This document shows, in pieces, positions 22,233-34,096 of a stretch of 64,000 bases of DNA (position 1 is its first letter; every line of letters starts with the position of its first letter). The stretch lies in NCBI GenBank assembly GCA_032718475.1, contig JAUCBJ010005741.1, forward strand, positions 79,671-143,670. Direction: 5' to 3'. The translations under genes were made by a program, and so were the position numbers. The stretch is from Nemertoderma westbladi (taxonomy: Eukaryota > Animalia > Xenacoelomorpha). Under the pieces are notes generated by a model. It searched no databases, had not been told where the DNA came from, and saw only the letters and a program-made list of their open reading frames with translations.

Positions 22233-25200
22233 TTACATGGCATGGCTCCAAAGGGTTGTGGGGGGTTTCTCGTCTGGGGGTTGGTTGACCCACTGACCAG
22301 GAGGCAGCCCCCCAGGGGCGCGGTTGTGCGAGGCACCCCCGGCACCCAGGTGAGCGGGCGAGGGCGAGCTGAACAACAGGGCCGGGACCCCCACCATCTT
22401 CTGGCCCATGGCCGCCGGTGGGAACTGCCCCATGGGGATGGCGTCGCGTCCCCCCGCACCCAGGATGAAGGCGGGCAGCCCCCCGATATCCGGGCTCCCC
22501 CCCATCGAGGGGTCCACGCCCCAGTCGCCCCACAACGAGGGCGGCCGTTGCTGCTCGTTCCGGTTCCGTTGGGCGCGTTCCGTCCCGATCGGACGCGGCA
22601 ACCCGGAGGTGTCGAGGAACACCGAGGTCGACGGTTCCGGGGTTGGGGGCCCGAAGTATCCGCCGTCGGCTCCGCAGTCCGCCGGTAACTCCGACGGAAT
22701 GTCCGACGGATTCGCGTAGAAACTCCGATGGCCTCGGTACTTGGAGTACTCTGGGGACATTCCGCCGGCCGAGTAGCCGCTGGTCTGCGGTGTGTAGTCC
22801 GAGTACTGGGTCCCGTTGGTAGGGGGTGCCCCGTAGCCCGGGAAGGTGTCCGCGAAGCCGCGTGGCTGAGGTGACGAGAACATATCTCCGGAGATGATGC
22901 CGCCGCAGTAGTTGCTGGCGGCGCCAGGAGTCGAGGAGGGTTGGGGCAGACCCGAGGCGCCGAGTCGCCAGGCGCGCGGTTCACCGATCTGGTCGAGGAA
23001 GGAGCTGAACGTGTCGACGGAATGGCCGTCCCCGAGGCCAGGGGGCATCCGGGGGTAGGAGACCGAGGTAGAGTGCAGCGACGTCACGGTAGCCGGTGAC
23101 ACTAAGGTCTGGGCCGTTACGATGCCGGAGTGGACCGAGGTAAAGATGACTGAACGCTGATCCACGGGAGATCCGAGAGTGTAGCAGGAGGAGGGAGCGG
23201 GTACGGACGCGATCACGGTCCCGGCGACGGTGGCCGTGGGGCGACTGGAGGTGGCGGGTCGACTGGGGGGCAGCCCCCACGCGAGCCCTGCCGGGGACCC
23301 TCCCGGGTGCCCGGTGACCACCCCTGGGGGCCGCATCGTCGCTGTAGACGCCGCCCCACCAGACTCGGTGCGTCGGTGACTGATCCGTGGCGGAATCACC
23401 GCGATCTTGGCGCCGCTCGTCGGCTGAGGCGACGCAACAGTGGCGGCACTCACCGACGATATCCCCCCGTTCTCAACGGCGTTGTGGTGATGATAAACCC
23501 CGTGTTTACCCACCTTGGCGTCCGCAATGATCTCCTTGATCTCCTTATCGGGATTCTGCATCAAGGCCTCGATGAGTTTGTCCGCGATCCGTGTGGGTTC
23601 AGTTCCCCCCTTTATCGTTATGCTCCTCTCGGTTTGGTCGGTTCTCTGTTTCTCCACCTCGATGTGGGCCCCGGAGTACTCCCGAATCGCGTTGATGTTG
23701 CAGCCCGCGCGGCCGATCACCCGGGAGATGGCCCCGCACGGTACGATGATCATCTTGGAGGACCGCGACACCCCGGTGGCACGACTCCGAACTACCGGCG
23801 TCCACTTATCGTCCTCTTCCGGTTTCTTGGGCGTTGAGACCGCGGATGAGGGTTTCTTGGGGCTTTGGGCGCCGCTGTTGGGCGTTGTCGGGGCGCTGGG
23901 CCACCCGCCACGACCACCCCTCCCCTCGCGGTAATGGGACGAGGTAGACACTTTAATCGGCTTCATCGCGTTGCCGAAACCAGACGTTGGATGGCGCTGC
24001 TCCATCGACGAAGATGCGATTGGCCCGTTCGAGGTGGCCATGGTAACCGAGGTGTTATCGGAGCCGTTTGACAACTTCGAGTGTTTCTTACTCCGTTTTG
24101 GGTCTTTACGATCCAGTTGCGACTGAATACCGCCGTCCTGACCTCGGGGTGCAGCGATTGGCAAAGCGTTGCCATGGGGATGCGAGGTAGCCACCGTGTA
24201 CGATGACTGCGTCGTAACCATGGTAACTATGCTGGTGGCGGTGGTAGCCGTGGTGATGACGGTGGCGACCAGCGGTCGGGGGAGTGGTGGACGCTGCGAT
24301 ATAGATGGCTCCAGACTGGTTAGCGGTTCCGGGACACGGATGTTGGGCAGCCGGTCCGGCGGTTCTGCGTCGATGACGTCATCCTCTATGACGTCATCCT
24401 CGTCAAGATCGTCATCAACGTGCTTCTGGTGTTTCTTCCGACGCGCTTTTTTCTTCTCGCGCTTCTTCGCAGCCGCCGCTTTCCGTGTTTCCTCCAGTTT
24501 CCGCTCTGCGTCCAGCTGTTGCAACAGGATCGAGGCCATCTTATTAGCCTCGGCGGCCTGCCTATCTTTGGCCGAGACGATCATCTCCATGCACTGATGG
24601 CATCTCTTCACCAGATCCTTGTCGGAGGTTAACGTCTGTATGTATCTGACGCACTCGGTGTCCGACGGGAACTGGGTGACGTGCTTCACGAGGTAACGCA
24701 CCACCTTGGTGTGTCCCTTCCGGAATGCCGACATGAGACAGCTGACCCGACGGTTGTCCTGCGTATCCGCGTCCGCTTTGGCGCAGACCAACAGCTGAAC
24801 GACATCAACGTGACCCCCGTTGGCGGCCAACCACAGCGGACTGCAACCTTTCTTGTTTTTCACGTCGATGTTTGCCCCGTGGGAGACGACCAGATCACAG
24901 AACTTTAAATGCCCCTTATCTGCGGCGATGGTGAGCGCGGTGTCCTTGCTGGAGGGCACGGGCGAGGCGTTCACGTCAGCGCCCTTGGCTAGAAGAACCT
25001 TTCCGACCTCGGCGTAGCCTCCGCTAGCCGCTTCCATCAGCGGAGTCAACCCGGTCTTCGCGCGATGCTCAACGTTCGCCCTCTTGTCGACCAACAGACT
25101 GACAACCTCGTGTCGACCCTGGAAGCAAGCCAACGTCAACGCAGTGTTCTTGTTGGTCTCGATTTGCGCGTTGATATCGCTTCCCTGTTCCAGAAGTAAC

Positions 25201-25982
25201 TTCACCGCGTTCGTGTGCCCGTTCATAGCGGCCAACATCAACGGAGAGATTCCCAGCTTACTGTTGGTCCGAGAGTTAATCTCTGCGGTGTGGGCCAAGA
25301 GGAGCTTTATGATTCCGTAATAGCCGCCGCTAGCTGCCAGACTCAGTGGGGTGTAGTCGGACACATTGCGATGTTCCTTGTTGCCGCCCCGCTGTAGCAG
25401 AAGGTCTACCACATCTTCACGACCTCCGGAACATGCCAGCGACAACGCGGTATCCTTGGTCCGTTCTGATTGGGCCTCCACGTTAGCTCCGGCGTCCAAT
25501 AGGATCTCTACGATCCGTGCGTGACCAGCCGTCGCCGCCAACATCAGCGAGGTGAAGCCCTTCTTGTCGCGGTGTTCCATATCGGCGCCGCGCGCCAGCA
25601 GCTCCGTTACCAACGATTCGTGACCCCCGGCGCAGGCCAGCGTCAGCGCGGTGTCATGGTTACTCTCGGTCTGAGCGTCGATCTCTATGGGTTTCTTGTC
25701 TCCGGCCACAGCGGGGTTGACGGCGGTGGTGACCACGTTGGTGGTGAAGGTTAGGGGTTGGGTCTGGGAGGCCGCCTGTTGGCTGGCCGGCGTCTGAACC
25801 AGCCCGCTGGTAACGATTGTGGGTGGAGAAGACGCGCTCATTAGTAGGGCCGCGTTCTCATTATGTTGCATCTGGGCGTAGGATCGACTAGCCAGTTGGA
25901 GTTGGTAGTAGTAACTGGTCTGCTCCATTAGTTGGGTCAGTTGGAGTAGTTTGGCCTGCTCTGATGGAGGTAGTTGGTCAAC
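22233..25982 (-). CDS. mask: Mask/ANKHD1 coding exon 4 (last): second ankyrin block, basic NLS/coiled coil, KH domain, low-complexity tail
   Basis: Acceptor ccacag|GTTGAC in frame with the 1231-aa ORF; IDAQTESNHDTALTLACAGGHE... ankyrin repeats; KH AISRVIGRAGCNINAIRE; PRPIGTERA; stop TAA 22233-22235. Confidence 0.95.
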   Translation of the reverse strand, partial: VDQLPPSEQAKLLQLTQLMEQTSYYYQLQLASRSYAQMQHNENAALLMSASSPPTIVTSGLVQTPASQQAASQTQPLTFTTNVVTTAVNPAVAGDKKPIEIDAQTESNHDTALTLACAGGHESLVTELLARGADMEHRDKKGFTSLMLAATAGHARIVEILLDAGANVEAQSERTKDTALSLACSGGREDVVDLLLQRGGNKEHRNVSDYTPLSLAASGGYYGIIKLLLAHTAEINSRTNSKLGISPLMLAAMNGHTNAVKLLLEQGSDINAQIETNKNTALTLACFQGRHEVVSLLVDKRANVEHRAKTGLTPLMEAASGGYAEVGKVLLAKGADVNASPVPSSKDTALTIAADKGHLKFCDLVVSHGANIDVKNKKGCSPLWLAANGGHVDVVQLLVCAKADADTQDNRRVSCLMSAFRKGHTKVVRYLVKHVTQFPSDTECVRYIQTLTSDKDLVKRCHQCMEMIVSAKDRQAAEANKMASILLQQLDAERKLEETRKAAAAKKREKKKARRKKHQKHVDDDLDEDDVIEDDVIDAEPPDRLPNIRVPEPLTSLEPSISQRPPLPRPLVATVITTATTATSIVTMVTTQSSYTVATSHPHGNALPIAAPRGQDGGIQSQLDRKDPKRSKKHSKLSNGSDNTSVTMATSNGPIASSSMEQRHPTSGFGNAMKPIKVSTSSHYREGRGGRGGWPSAPTTPNSGAQSPKKPSSAVSTPKKPEEDDKWTPVVRSRATGVSRSSKMIIVPCGAISRVIGRAGCNINAIREYSGAHIEVEKQRTDQTERSITIKGGTEPTRIADKLIEALMQNPDKEIKEIIADAKVGKHGVYHHHNAVENGGISSVSAATVASPQPTSGAKIAVIPPRISHRRTESGGAASTATMRPPGVVTGHPGGSPAGLAWGLPPSRPATSSRPTATVAGTVIASVPAPSSCYTLGSPVDQRSVIFTSVHSGIVTAQTLVSPATVTSLHSTSVSYPRMPPGLGDGHSVDTFSSFLDQIGEPRAWRLGASGLPQPSSTPGAASNYCGGIISGDMFSSPQPRGFADTFPGYGAPPTNGTQYSDYTPQTSGYSAGGMSPEYSKYRGHRSFYANPSDIPSELPADCGADGGYFGPPTPEPSTSVFLDTSGLPRPIGTERAQRNRNEQQRPPSLWGDWGVDPSMGGSPDIGGLPAFILGAGGRDAIPMGQFPPAAMGQKMVGVPALLFSSPSPAHLGAGGASHNRAPGGLPPGQWVNQPPDEKPPTTLWSHAM

Positions 25983-26220
25983 CTGTGGCGTGGGGATAGT
26001 ATAAACGAGATATAGAAATACAGACCTAAAATTGTATATAATTGAATAAAGAATTAATTATATTTATATTTTTGCTATATTATATCTTACTGTATGTACG
26101 TGATACCGGATCTCGGTGTAATAAAATTAATATATATTATATAATAATAAATTAATATAACTGATGAGATTAAAAATAATGTAAATAAGAATGATTTGTT
26201 TTCGAAACTAAGTTAAGACT

Positions 26221-27800
26221 TTACTATACTACTACTCGGTCGACCAAACTCGGAAAAGTGGAAATGAGATCCTCCAAGGCTTCCCGATTTTCCATAGTTG
26301 TCGCAATTTCGTTTCACCCACGTCTAATATCCCTTTCAAGCTGGTCTATATAAGTTATATGTCCGTCGTCCACGGCTACGCTTTCCTTGTGTTGGTTGCC
26401 AAAAAATATGACCTTGTCTTTACTTCTTCAGCAGTGCCGACTGAATCTTAATCTGCGTTCACGGATGATAGTTGATACAGGCGATACTGTACCATAAAGC
26501 TCCGCGTTTGTCATACATGTGTTGTCTCCAGCTGATATTTAGGGCTGCCCTTACTAGTCTTGTGTAGCAACCATGAGTAGCACGTGGATGACTTCATGTA
26601 CTTGGGATCATGAATCAGAAAGTCAGGTGAAGACCGTCGGATACGTAAGGGGAAGGTATGGGCAGCGTTAAAAAGTCTGTTCAGGATTTGGAAGTCCCAT
26701 AGAAAAACGGAACCTTAAGGTTCGATTATTTATGGCTGTAGTGGTACCACCGGTACTCTTATATGGAAGTCCATGCCAGGCTCTAACTGCAGAAGATACC
26801 AAATCTCTGGATGGCACTTTCACAAGAATGCTGCGCCGGGTTCATTGTGTCAAGTACAATGAACACATCTCCAATCAGACTCTATACCACAATGGAGGTG
26901 TTCAATTAGTCTCCCCTAGCTTGACACTTGAACGACACCGCCTCAAATTAGCAGGACATTGCTTTCGCCGCGAAGACCAGCCAGTGCATAATCTTGTGCT
27001 TTGGCGACATCATGGAGCGAATAAGCATGGTGGACGACAGCCCATGACTTCCTTGAAACGCATCTTAAAGGACACTGGCCTTGAAAATGGGGATGATCTA
27101 GCAAATGTCATGGGTGATAGGGAGTTGTGGCGGCGCAATTGTGTCGACAAGCCGGCACAGCATTCTTAATATATAATATGTAATATATATATAATGCAGC
27201 TGCAACGCAGCATGCCGATAGTAGTAGTATTAGCAACCATGAATTCGTTGTTCAAGTGATTTCGTCAGTGTCCAGGCCTCATCCCCGTATAAAAGTACAC
27301 TTTCCACTGTGACTCGTAAGAACTTAGTCTTCAATTGCCTGGAGTGGTCTGATACCCAGATGGTATCCATTTTTTATAGAACTACTCATGCTTTGCTTTC
27401 CTAAATTATTTTGCTCACTCTATCCATGGCCTAAGGTACTGGAAGTGGTCAACTGTAGAAGATGCGCATCTGCTAGCGTATTAGAGAGCAGGGCGATGTC
27501 ATCCGCAAAGTCGGTGTTTGTGACTGTAGTTGCCGGATGTCTACTACTTCTGCGTTCTCGAAGTGTGAATCCCAGATCTTCACCCTTTGTGGCCGTCCTC
27601 ATTGCGTAATCTAGCACAATTACAAATAGTAATGGTGCTAATGTGTCACCTTGCAGTATGCCAGCCAGGATTGAGAAGAATTCAGTTTCACATCTGGTGA
27701 GAGTACCTGCGCTTCTGTGTCACAATATAATAATCCAATGCCAGCGACAATTACTTCTGGTATTCCATAAACTTTCAGGATTTCCAGCATTTTACCTCTA
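26221..27800 (-). mobile_element. Decayed RTE-like LINE fragment in mask intron 3
   Basis: Minus-strand YGIPE, GILQGDTLAPLLFVIVLDY, DFADDIALL (27420-27790); C-terminal GCYTRLVRAALNISW at ~26530-26572. Confidence 0.8.
26580..27169 (+). mobile_element. Second RTE-like LINE 3' fragment in the opposite orientation
   Basis: DDFMYLGS, VLLYGS, LDGTFTRMLRR, RLKLAGHCFR, DRELWR: typical post-RT region of RTE ORF2. Confidence 0.8.
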
Positions 27801-27911
27801 AGACTTTAACTCTTTACTTATCTTTGAAAGACATACTTTAGAGTACATGCCACCAAATATTTATCTCTAAGTTAACAGAAACAAAAGGTCAGAAAGTCTT
27901 CTGGAGTGTTA

Positions 27912-30900
27912 AGGTAGTGGCTACCTCATCCCCTTCCGGACTGTTACGGTAGTGGCTACCTCACCCACTTCCGGACTGTTACGGTAGTGGCTACCTCATC
28001 CCCCTTCCGGACTGTTACGGTAGTGGCTACCTCATCCCCCTTCCAGACTGTTACGGTCGTGGCTACCTCATCCCCCTTCCGGACTGTTACGGTAGTGGCT
28101 ACCTCATCCCCCTTCCGGACTGTTACGGTAGTGGCTACCTCACCCCCCTTCCGGACTGTTACGGTAGTGGCTACCTCACCCCCCTTCCGGACTGTTACGG
28201 TAGTGGCTACCTCACTCCCCTTCAGGACTGTTACGGTAGTGGGTACCTCATCCCCCTTCCAGACTGTTACGGTAGTGGCTACCTCACCCCCCTTCCGGAC
28301 TGTTACGGTAGTGGCTACCTCATCCCCCTTCCGGACTGTTACGGTAGTGGCTACCTCACTCCCCTTCAGGACTGTTACGGTAGTGGGTACCTCACCCCCC
28401 TTCCGGACTGTTACGGTAGTGGCTACCTCACCCCCCTTCCGGACTGTTACGGTAGTGGCTACCTCATCCCCCTTCCGGACTGTTACGGTAGTGGCTACCT
28501 CACTCCCCTTCAGGACTGTTACGGTAGTGGGTACCTCACCCCCCTTCCGGACTGTTACGGTAGTGGCTACCTCACCCCCCTTCCGGACTGTTACGGTAGT
28601 GGGTACCTCATCCCCCTTCAGGACTGTTACGGTAGTGGGTACCTCACCCCCCTTCCGGACTGTTACGGTAGTGGCTACCTCACCCCCCTTCCGGACTGTT
28701 ACGGTAGTGGGTACCTCATCCCCCTTCAGGACTGTTACGGTAGTGGGTACCTCATCCCCCTTCCGGACTGATACGGTAGTGGCTACCTCACTCCCCTTCA
28801 GGACTGTTACGGTAGTGGGTACCTCATCCCCCTTCCGGACTGTTACGGTAGTGGCTACCTCATCCCCCTTCAGGACTGTTACGGTAGTGGCTACCTCATC
28901 CCCCTTCAGGACTGTTACGGTAGTAGCTACCTCATCCCCCTTCAGGACTGTTACGGTAGTGGCTACCTCATCCCCCTTCAGGACTGTTACGGTAGTGGCT
29001 ACCTCATCCCCCTTCAGGACTGTTACGGTAGTGGCTACCTCATCCCCCTTCAGGACTGTTACGGTAGTAGCTACCTCATCCCCCTTCAGGACTGTTACGG
29101 TAGTGGCTACCTCATCCCCCTTCCGGACTGTTACGGTAGTGGCTACCTCATCCCCCTTCCGGACTGTTACGGTAGTGGGTACCTCATCCCCCTTCCGGAC
29201 TGTTACGGTAGTGGCTACCTCATCCCCCTTCCGGACTGTTACGGTAGTGGCTACCTCATCCCCCTTCCGGACTGTTACGGTAGTGGCTACCTCACTCCCC
29301 TTCAGGACTGTTACGGTAGTGGGTACCTCACCCCCCTTCCGGACTGTTACGGTAGTGGCTACCTCACCCCCCTTCCGGACTGTTACGGTAGTGGGTACCT
29401 CATCCCCCTTCAGGACTGTTACGGTAGTGGGTACCTCACCCCCCTTCCGGACTGTTACGGTAGTGGCTACCTCACCCCCCTTCCGGACTGTTACGGTAGT
29501 GGGTACCTCATCCCCCTTCAGGACTGTTACGGTAGTGGGTACCTCATCCCCCTTCCGGACTGATACGGTAGTGGCTACCTCACTCCCCTTCAGGACTGTT
29601 ACGGTAGTGGGTACCTCATCCCCCTTCCGGACTGTTACGGTAGTGGCTACCTCATCCCCCTTCAGGACTGTTACGGTAGTGGCTACCTCATCCCCCTTCA
29701 GGACTGTTACGGTAGTAGCTACCTCATCCCCCTTCAGGACTGTTACGGTAGTGGCTACCTCATCCCCCTTCCGGACTGTTACGGTAGTGGCTACCTCATC
29801 CCCCTTCCGGACTGTTACGGTAGTGGGTACCTCATCCCCCTTCCGGACTGTTACGGTAGTGGCTACCTCATCCCCCTTCCGGACTGTTACGGTAGTGGCT
29901 ACCTCATCCCCCTTCCAGACTGTTACGGTCGTGGCTACCTCATCCCCCTTCCGGACTGTTACGGTAGTGGCTACCTCATCCCCCTTCCGGACTGTTACGG
30001 TAGTGGCTACCTCATCCCCCTTCCAGACTGTTACGGTCGTGGCTACCTCATCCCCCTTCCGGACTGTTACCGTGGTAGTGGCTACCTCATCCCCCTTCCG
30101 GACTGTTACGGTAGTGGCTACCTCACTCCCCTTCAGGACTGTTACGGTAGTGGGTACCTCATCCCCCTTCCGGACTGTTACGGTAGTGGCTACCTCATCC
30201 CCCTTCCGGACTGTTACGGTAGTGGCTACCTCATCCCCCTTCCGGACTGTTACGGTAGTGGCTAACTCATCCCCCTTCCGGACTGTTACGGTAGTGGCTA
30301 CCTCACCCCCCTTCCGGACTGTTACGGTAGTGGCTACCTCACCTCCCTTCCGGACTGTTACGGTAGTGGCTACCTCACCCCCCTTCCGGACTGTTACGGT
30401 AGTGGCTACCTCACCCCCCTTCCGGACTGTTACGGTAGTGGCTACCTCACCCCCCTTCCGGACTGATACGGTAGTGGCTACCTCACCCACTTCCGGACTG
30501 TTACGGTAGTGGCTACCTCATCCCCCTTCCGGACTGTTACGGTAGTGGCTACCTCATCCCCCTTCCGGACTGTTACGGTAGTGGCTACCTCATCCCCCTT
30601 CCGGACTGTTACGGTAGTGGCTACCTCATCCCCCTTCCGGACTGTTACCGTAGTGGCTACCTCACTCCCCTTCAGGACTGTTACGGTAGTGGCTACCTCA
30701 TCGCCCTTCCGGACTGTTACGGTAGTGGCTACCTCACCCACTTCCGGACTGTTACGGTAGTGGCTACCTCATCCCCCTTACGGACTGTTACGGTAGTGGC
30801 TACCTCATCCCCCTTCCGGACTGTTACCGTGGTAGTGGCTACCTCATCCCCCTTCCGGACTGTTACGGTAGTGGGTACCTCATCCCCCTTCCGGACTGTT

Positions 30901-31289
30901 ACGGTAGTGGCTACCTCATCCCCCTTCCGGACTGTTACCGTGGTAGTGGCTACCTCACTCCCCTTCAGGACTGTTACGGTAGTGGGTACCTCATCCCCCT
31001 TCCGGACTGTTACGGTAGTGGCTACCTCATCCCCCTTCCGGACTGTTACGGTAGTGGCTACCTCATCACCCTTCCGGACTGTTACGGTAGTGGCTACCTC
31101 ACTCCCCTTCAGGACTGTTACGGTAGTGGCTACCTCATCCCCCTTCCGGACTGTTACGGTAGTGGCTACCTCATCCCCCTTCCGGACTGTTACGGTAGTG
31201 GCTACCTCATCCCCCTTCCGGATTGTTACGGTAGTGGCTACCTCATCCCCCTTCCGGACTGTTACGGTAGTGGCTACCTCACTCCCCTC
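27912..31289. repeat. Homogeneous 36-bp minisatellite (~94 copies) in mask intron 3
   Basis: (ggtagtggctacctcatcccccttccggactgttac)n with few variants and no spacers. Confidence 0.97.
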
Positions 31290-31300
31290 ACTCTGCTTAC

Positions 31301-32311
31301 CTGCTTCTGTAGAATCGCAGTGAGTTCGTTGTGTGGTAGATTGCGGATTGTTTGTAGGGTTGCTTCGGAAACAACATCGGCGCTTAGTTCGGGGGCCGGC
31401 TGCTGGTTGTTGTGCAGCATGGCGCAGAGCTCTGATTGGCTGAGGTTGTTGAGCGTCTGTAGAGTAGCTTCGGTGAGGATCTGCGCTGCTTCCGGACTCA
31501 GAGGAATATTCGCGGTCATCGCCATGTGCTGCTGCTGTTGTTGCTGCTGCAGCAACTCGGCCGCCGCCAAAGCCTGCAGATTACCGCCGTTTCGTCCGGC
31601 ATCCCACCCCGTCTGCACTTTGCTGCCGCCGACCTGCACTTTGCCAACATCAGTATTAATTTTTCCGCCACCGGCCGCCAGTTTGCCGCCTTCGGCCAGC
31701 ACTTTTCCGCCATCGGCCTGAACAATGCCGCCATCGGCCTGCACTTTGCCGCCATCGGCCGCCACTTTGCCGCCATCGGCATGCACATAGGCCTGCGCAT
31801 ACGAATGGTTCCGCTCTTGCAACTCCTTCTCAACCCGCTGCAATTCGTCCAGGATTTCCTGCTTTCGCTGCAACTTATCCTCCTTATTGCTCTTTACTTT
31901 CTCCTTATTGGCTGATTTCCCGTCACTTTCTTCGCACTCTGATTGGCTGGAAGGGCGCGGCGGGGCGCGGGGTGCCGCAATGTTAATTAACTCTTGGTAT
32001 TTTTGGTTCATGATGGCTGTGTGGCTGAACGCTGAGTATTGGTTGGCTGCATAATGCTGCTGGGTCTGGTCTGGCAGCAGATTGGGGGCGTATAGCTGCT
32101 GGGACTGGTCTGGTAGCAGGTTGGCGGCGAGATGGAGAGGGTATATGAGCGAGCCCCCCGTCGACCCTGGGGGTAGAGAACCAGGCGGGTTGGTGTAGAG
32201 AGGAAGTTGTGTCGCGTCGTACATGGACTCTGGCGGGACCGAGCCTGGGGTTGCCATTCGCGTGTCGCAGCGCTCGCACTTGTGCTCGGACGTTACTGAC
32301 TGGGCGTCAAC
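31301..32311 (-). CDS. mask: Mask/ANKHD1 coding exon 3 (inter-ankyrin linker, coiled coil)
   Basis: ttttctcag|GTTGAC acceptor and CAG|gtaagc donor; 1011 nt, phase 0; KQEILDELQRVEKELQ resembles the conserved ANKHD1 linker coil. Confidence 0.85.
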
Positions 32312-32588
32312 CTGAGAAAAATATAAATGTTGATGAAAGATAGTGAGTAGATTCTGAGATGCGGATATAATTATTATTCAAAGTAAAACGTTAATAAATA
32401 ATAAACATTACCCTTTCTAACTGCGTTTTGTATTGAACCGAATTGAGTTCCACGGCAGGCTTTTCTAACCAAAACAATAAACTAAATTTAGGAACATAGT
32501 TTACAGTAAATGTTTTACTTCTATGCACCAATTTTTCAATATTAATTTAATAAAGGAAGACTGAAACGATACCGTAATTGCAATGTAT

Positions 32589-32735
32589 GGCCCCCCTCAC
32601 ACGGAGCAACTTGTTTCTGCAACTTGTTTCCGAAACTTGTTCTGTGTGTGAGGACTCCAGCAACAAGTTTCTGCAACTTGTTTCCGCAACTTATTTCTCA
32701 GTGTGAGGGAGTCCAGCAACAAGTTGCTGGAAGTC
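32589..32735. mobile_element. Harbinger-like MITE terminus remnant
   Basis: ggcccccctcacacggagcaacttgtt with repeated gcaacttgttt and inverted tgtgagg(g); no partner end found. Confidence 0.4.
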
Positions 32736-33554
32736 TAGTATTTGCTATTTCATTTTATGAAAATGTTCTAGAACATGTTAGCTATCCATAAATATATATA
32801 TATATGTTCTAGAAAAAATAGTTTTTGTTCTAGAACAATTTAAAAAAAAATTAAAAAAATTAATGTACTATTTTTATTTTTTAATAATGTTCTAGAACGT
32901 GTTAGCTATTCAGAACTAGAAAAAAAAAGTTCTAGAACAAATAGTTTTTGTTCTAGAACAGTTCAAAAATAATTTTTTTTAAATTTTATTTAGAATTTGT
33001 TTCATATAATTTTTAATCGTTGCTGGCAAGATGGGTTTGGGGGGGGGGGGGGGGGTTAGCTAGTACTTTTTTAATTAAAATCTTAATTAAAATTAACAAA
33101 ATTCACTGTATTGAAGGCATTACTGTATATACAGAAATTAATGATAGGCCTATGCTTAGAATACTTAGGCCTATACTGTATAATATTTATTATTTAGAGG
33201 ACAGCGGGTAATATTTTCTGATCAAATCCAACAGAGCAGAAAATGGGAATTCTTTGTGTAGAAGCTTTCCAACGAAACTCAGCTAGTTGTTGGGCGAAAG
33301 TCAAATCTTAGCTATAGAAATTCGATTATTCTAGAAAATTCAATTTCCTTGACATCAAATAAAACATAACTAACAAAAAATAAAATTTGTAAGCTTTTTT
33401 TAAAATTTGTTCTAGAACAAAAAATATTTTTTCTAGAACATTTTATTATTTTTTTTCAAATGTATCTCATGTTCTAGAACATTTCATAAAAATAAATAGC
33501 AAAAACTAGCTAGTAAAAAAAATTTGAGGGGGATGTACCTATAACACACTAGAC

Positions 33555-33885
33555 TAAAATGGGCGGAACTATAGTATAAGTACAAAATGTAGCCACGGGT
33601 GGAACTATAAGAACAAAATGTAGCCACGGGCGGAACTATGAGAACAAAATGTAGCCACGGGCGCAACTATGAGAACAAAATGTAGCCACTGGCTGAACTA
33701 TAACAACAAAATGTAGCCACGGGCGGAACTATACGAACAAAATGTAGCCACGGGCGGAACTATAAGAATAAAATGTAGCCACGGGCGGAACTATAAGAAC
33801 AAAATGTAGCCACGTGCGGAACTATAAGAATAAAATGTAGCCACGGGCGGAACTATAAGAACAAAATGTAGCCACGTGCGGAACT
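33555..33885. repeat. 31-bp tandem repeat (~10 copies)
   Basis: (aaaatgtagccacgggcggaactataagaac)n. Confidence 0.95.
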
Positions 33886-34043
33886 CCAATCATTTAATTT
33901 AAGTACAATTTTTTTACTAGCTAATTAAATCTACTAGCTAACAAAAACACTAGTAAACTAAAATTACTCAGATTGAACTAAGGTAAGTATTAGATAGTAT
34001 TCAACTTCAAAAATTATTTAAAAAATCATAGTAAAACAATTGG

Positions 34044-34096
34044 TACCACAGAGTAGTTTGCCATGTCGACTCGACATGGCGAACTACTCTGTGGTA
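34044..34096. other. Near-perfect 53-bp palindrome
   Basis: taccacagagtagtttgccatgtcga-c-tcgacatggcgaactactctgtggta: 26-bp arms with one mismatch. Confidence 0.95.

Noticed and set aside
22153-25754. Overlapping antisense and alternate-frame ORFs in mask exons (also 31320-31915, 42939-43955, 46282-46665)
   Set aside because: Shadow ORFs expected in GC-rich coding sequence; no recognisable domains.
27912-31289. CRISPR array (36-bp repeats) or real 840-aa proteins on both strands
   Set aside because: Units are contiguous with no unique spacers and no cas genes; the ORFs arise because a 36-bp unit lacks stops; the array lies inside a well-defined intron.
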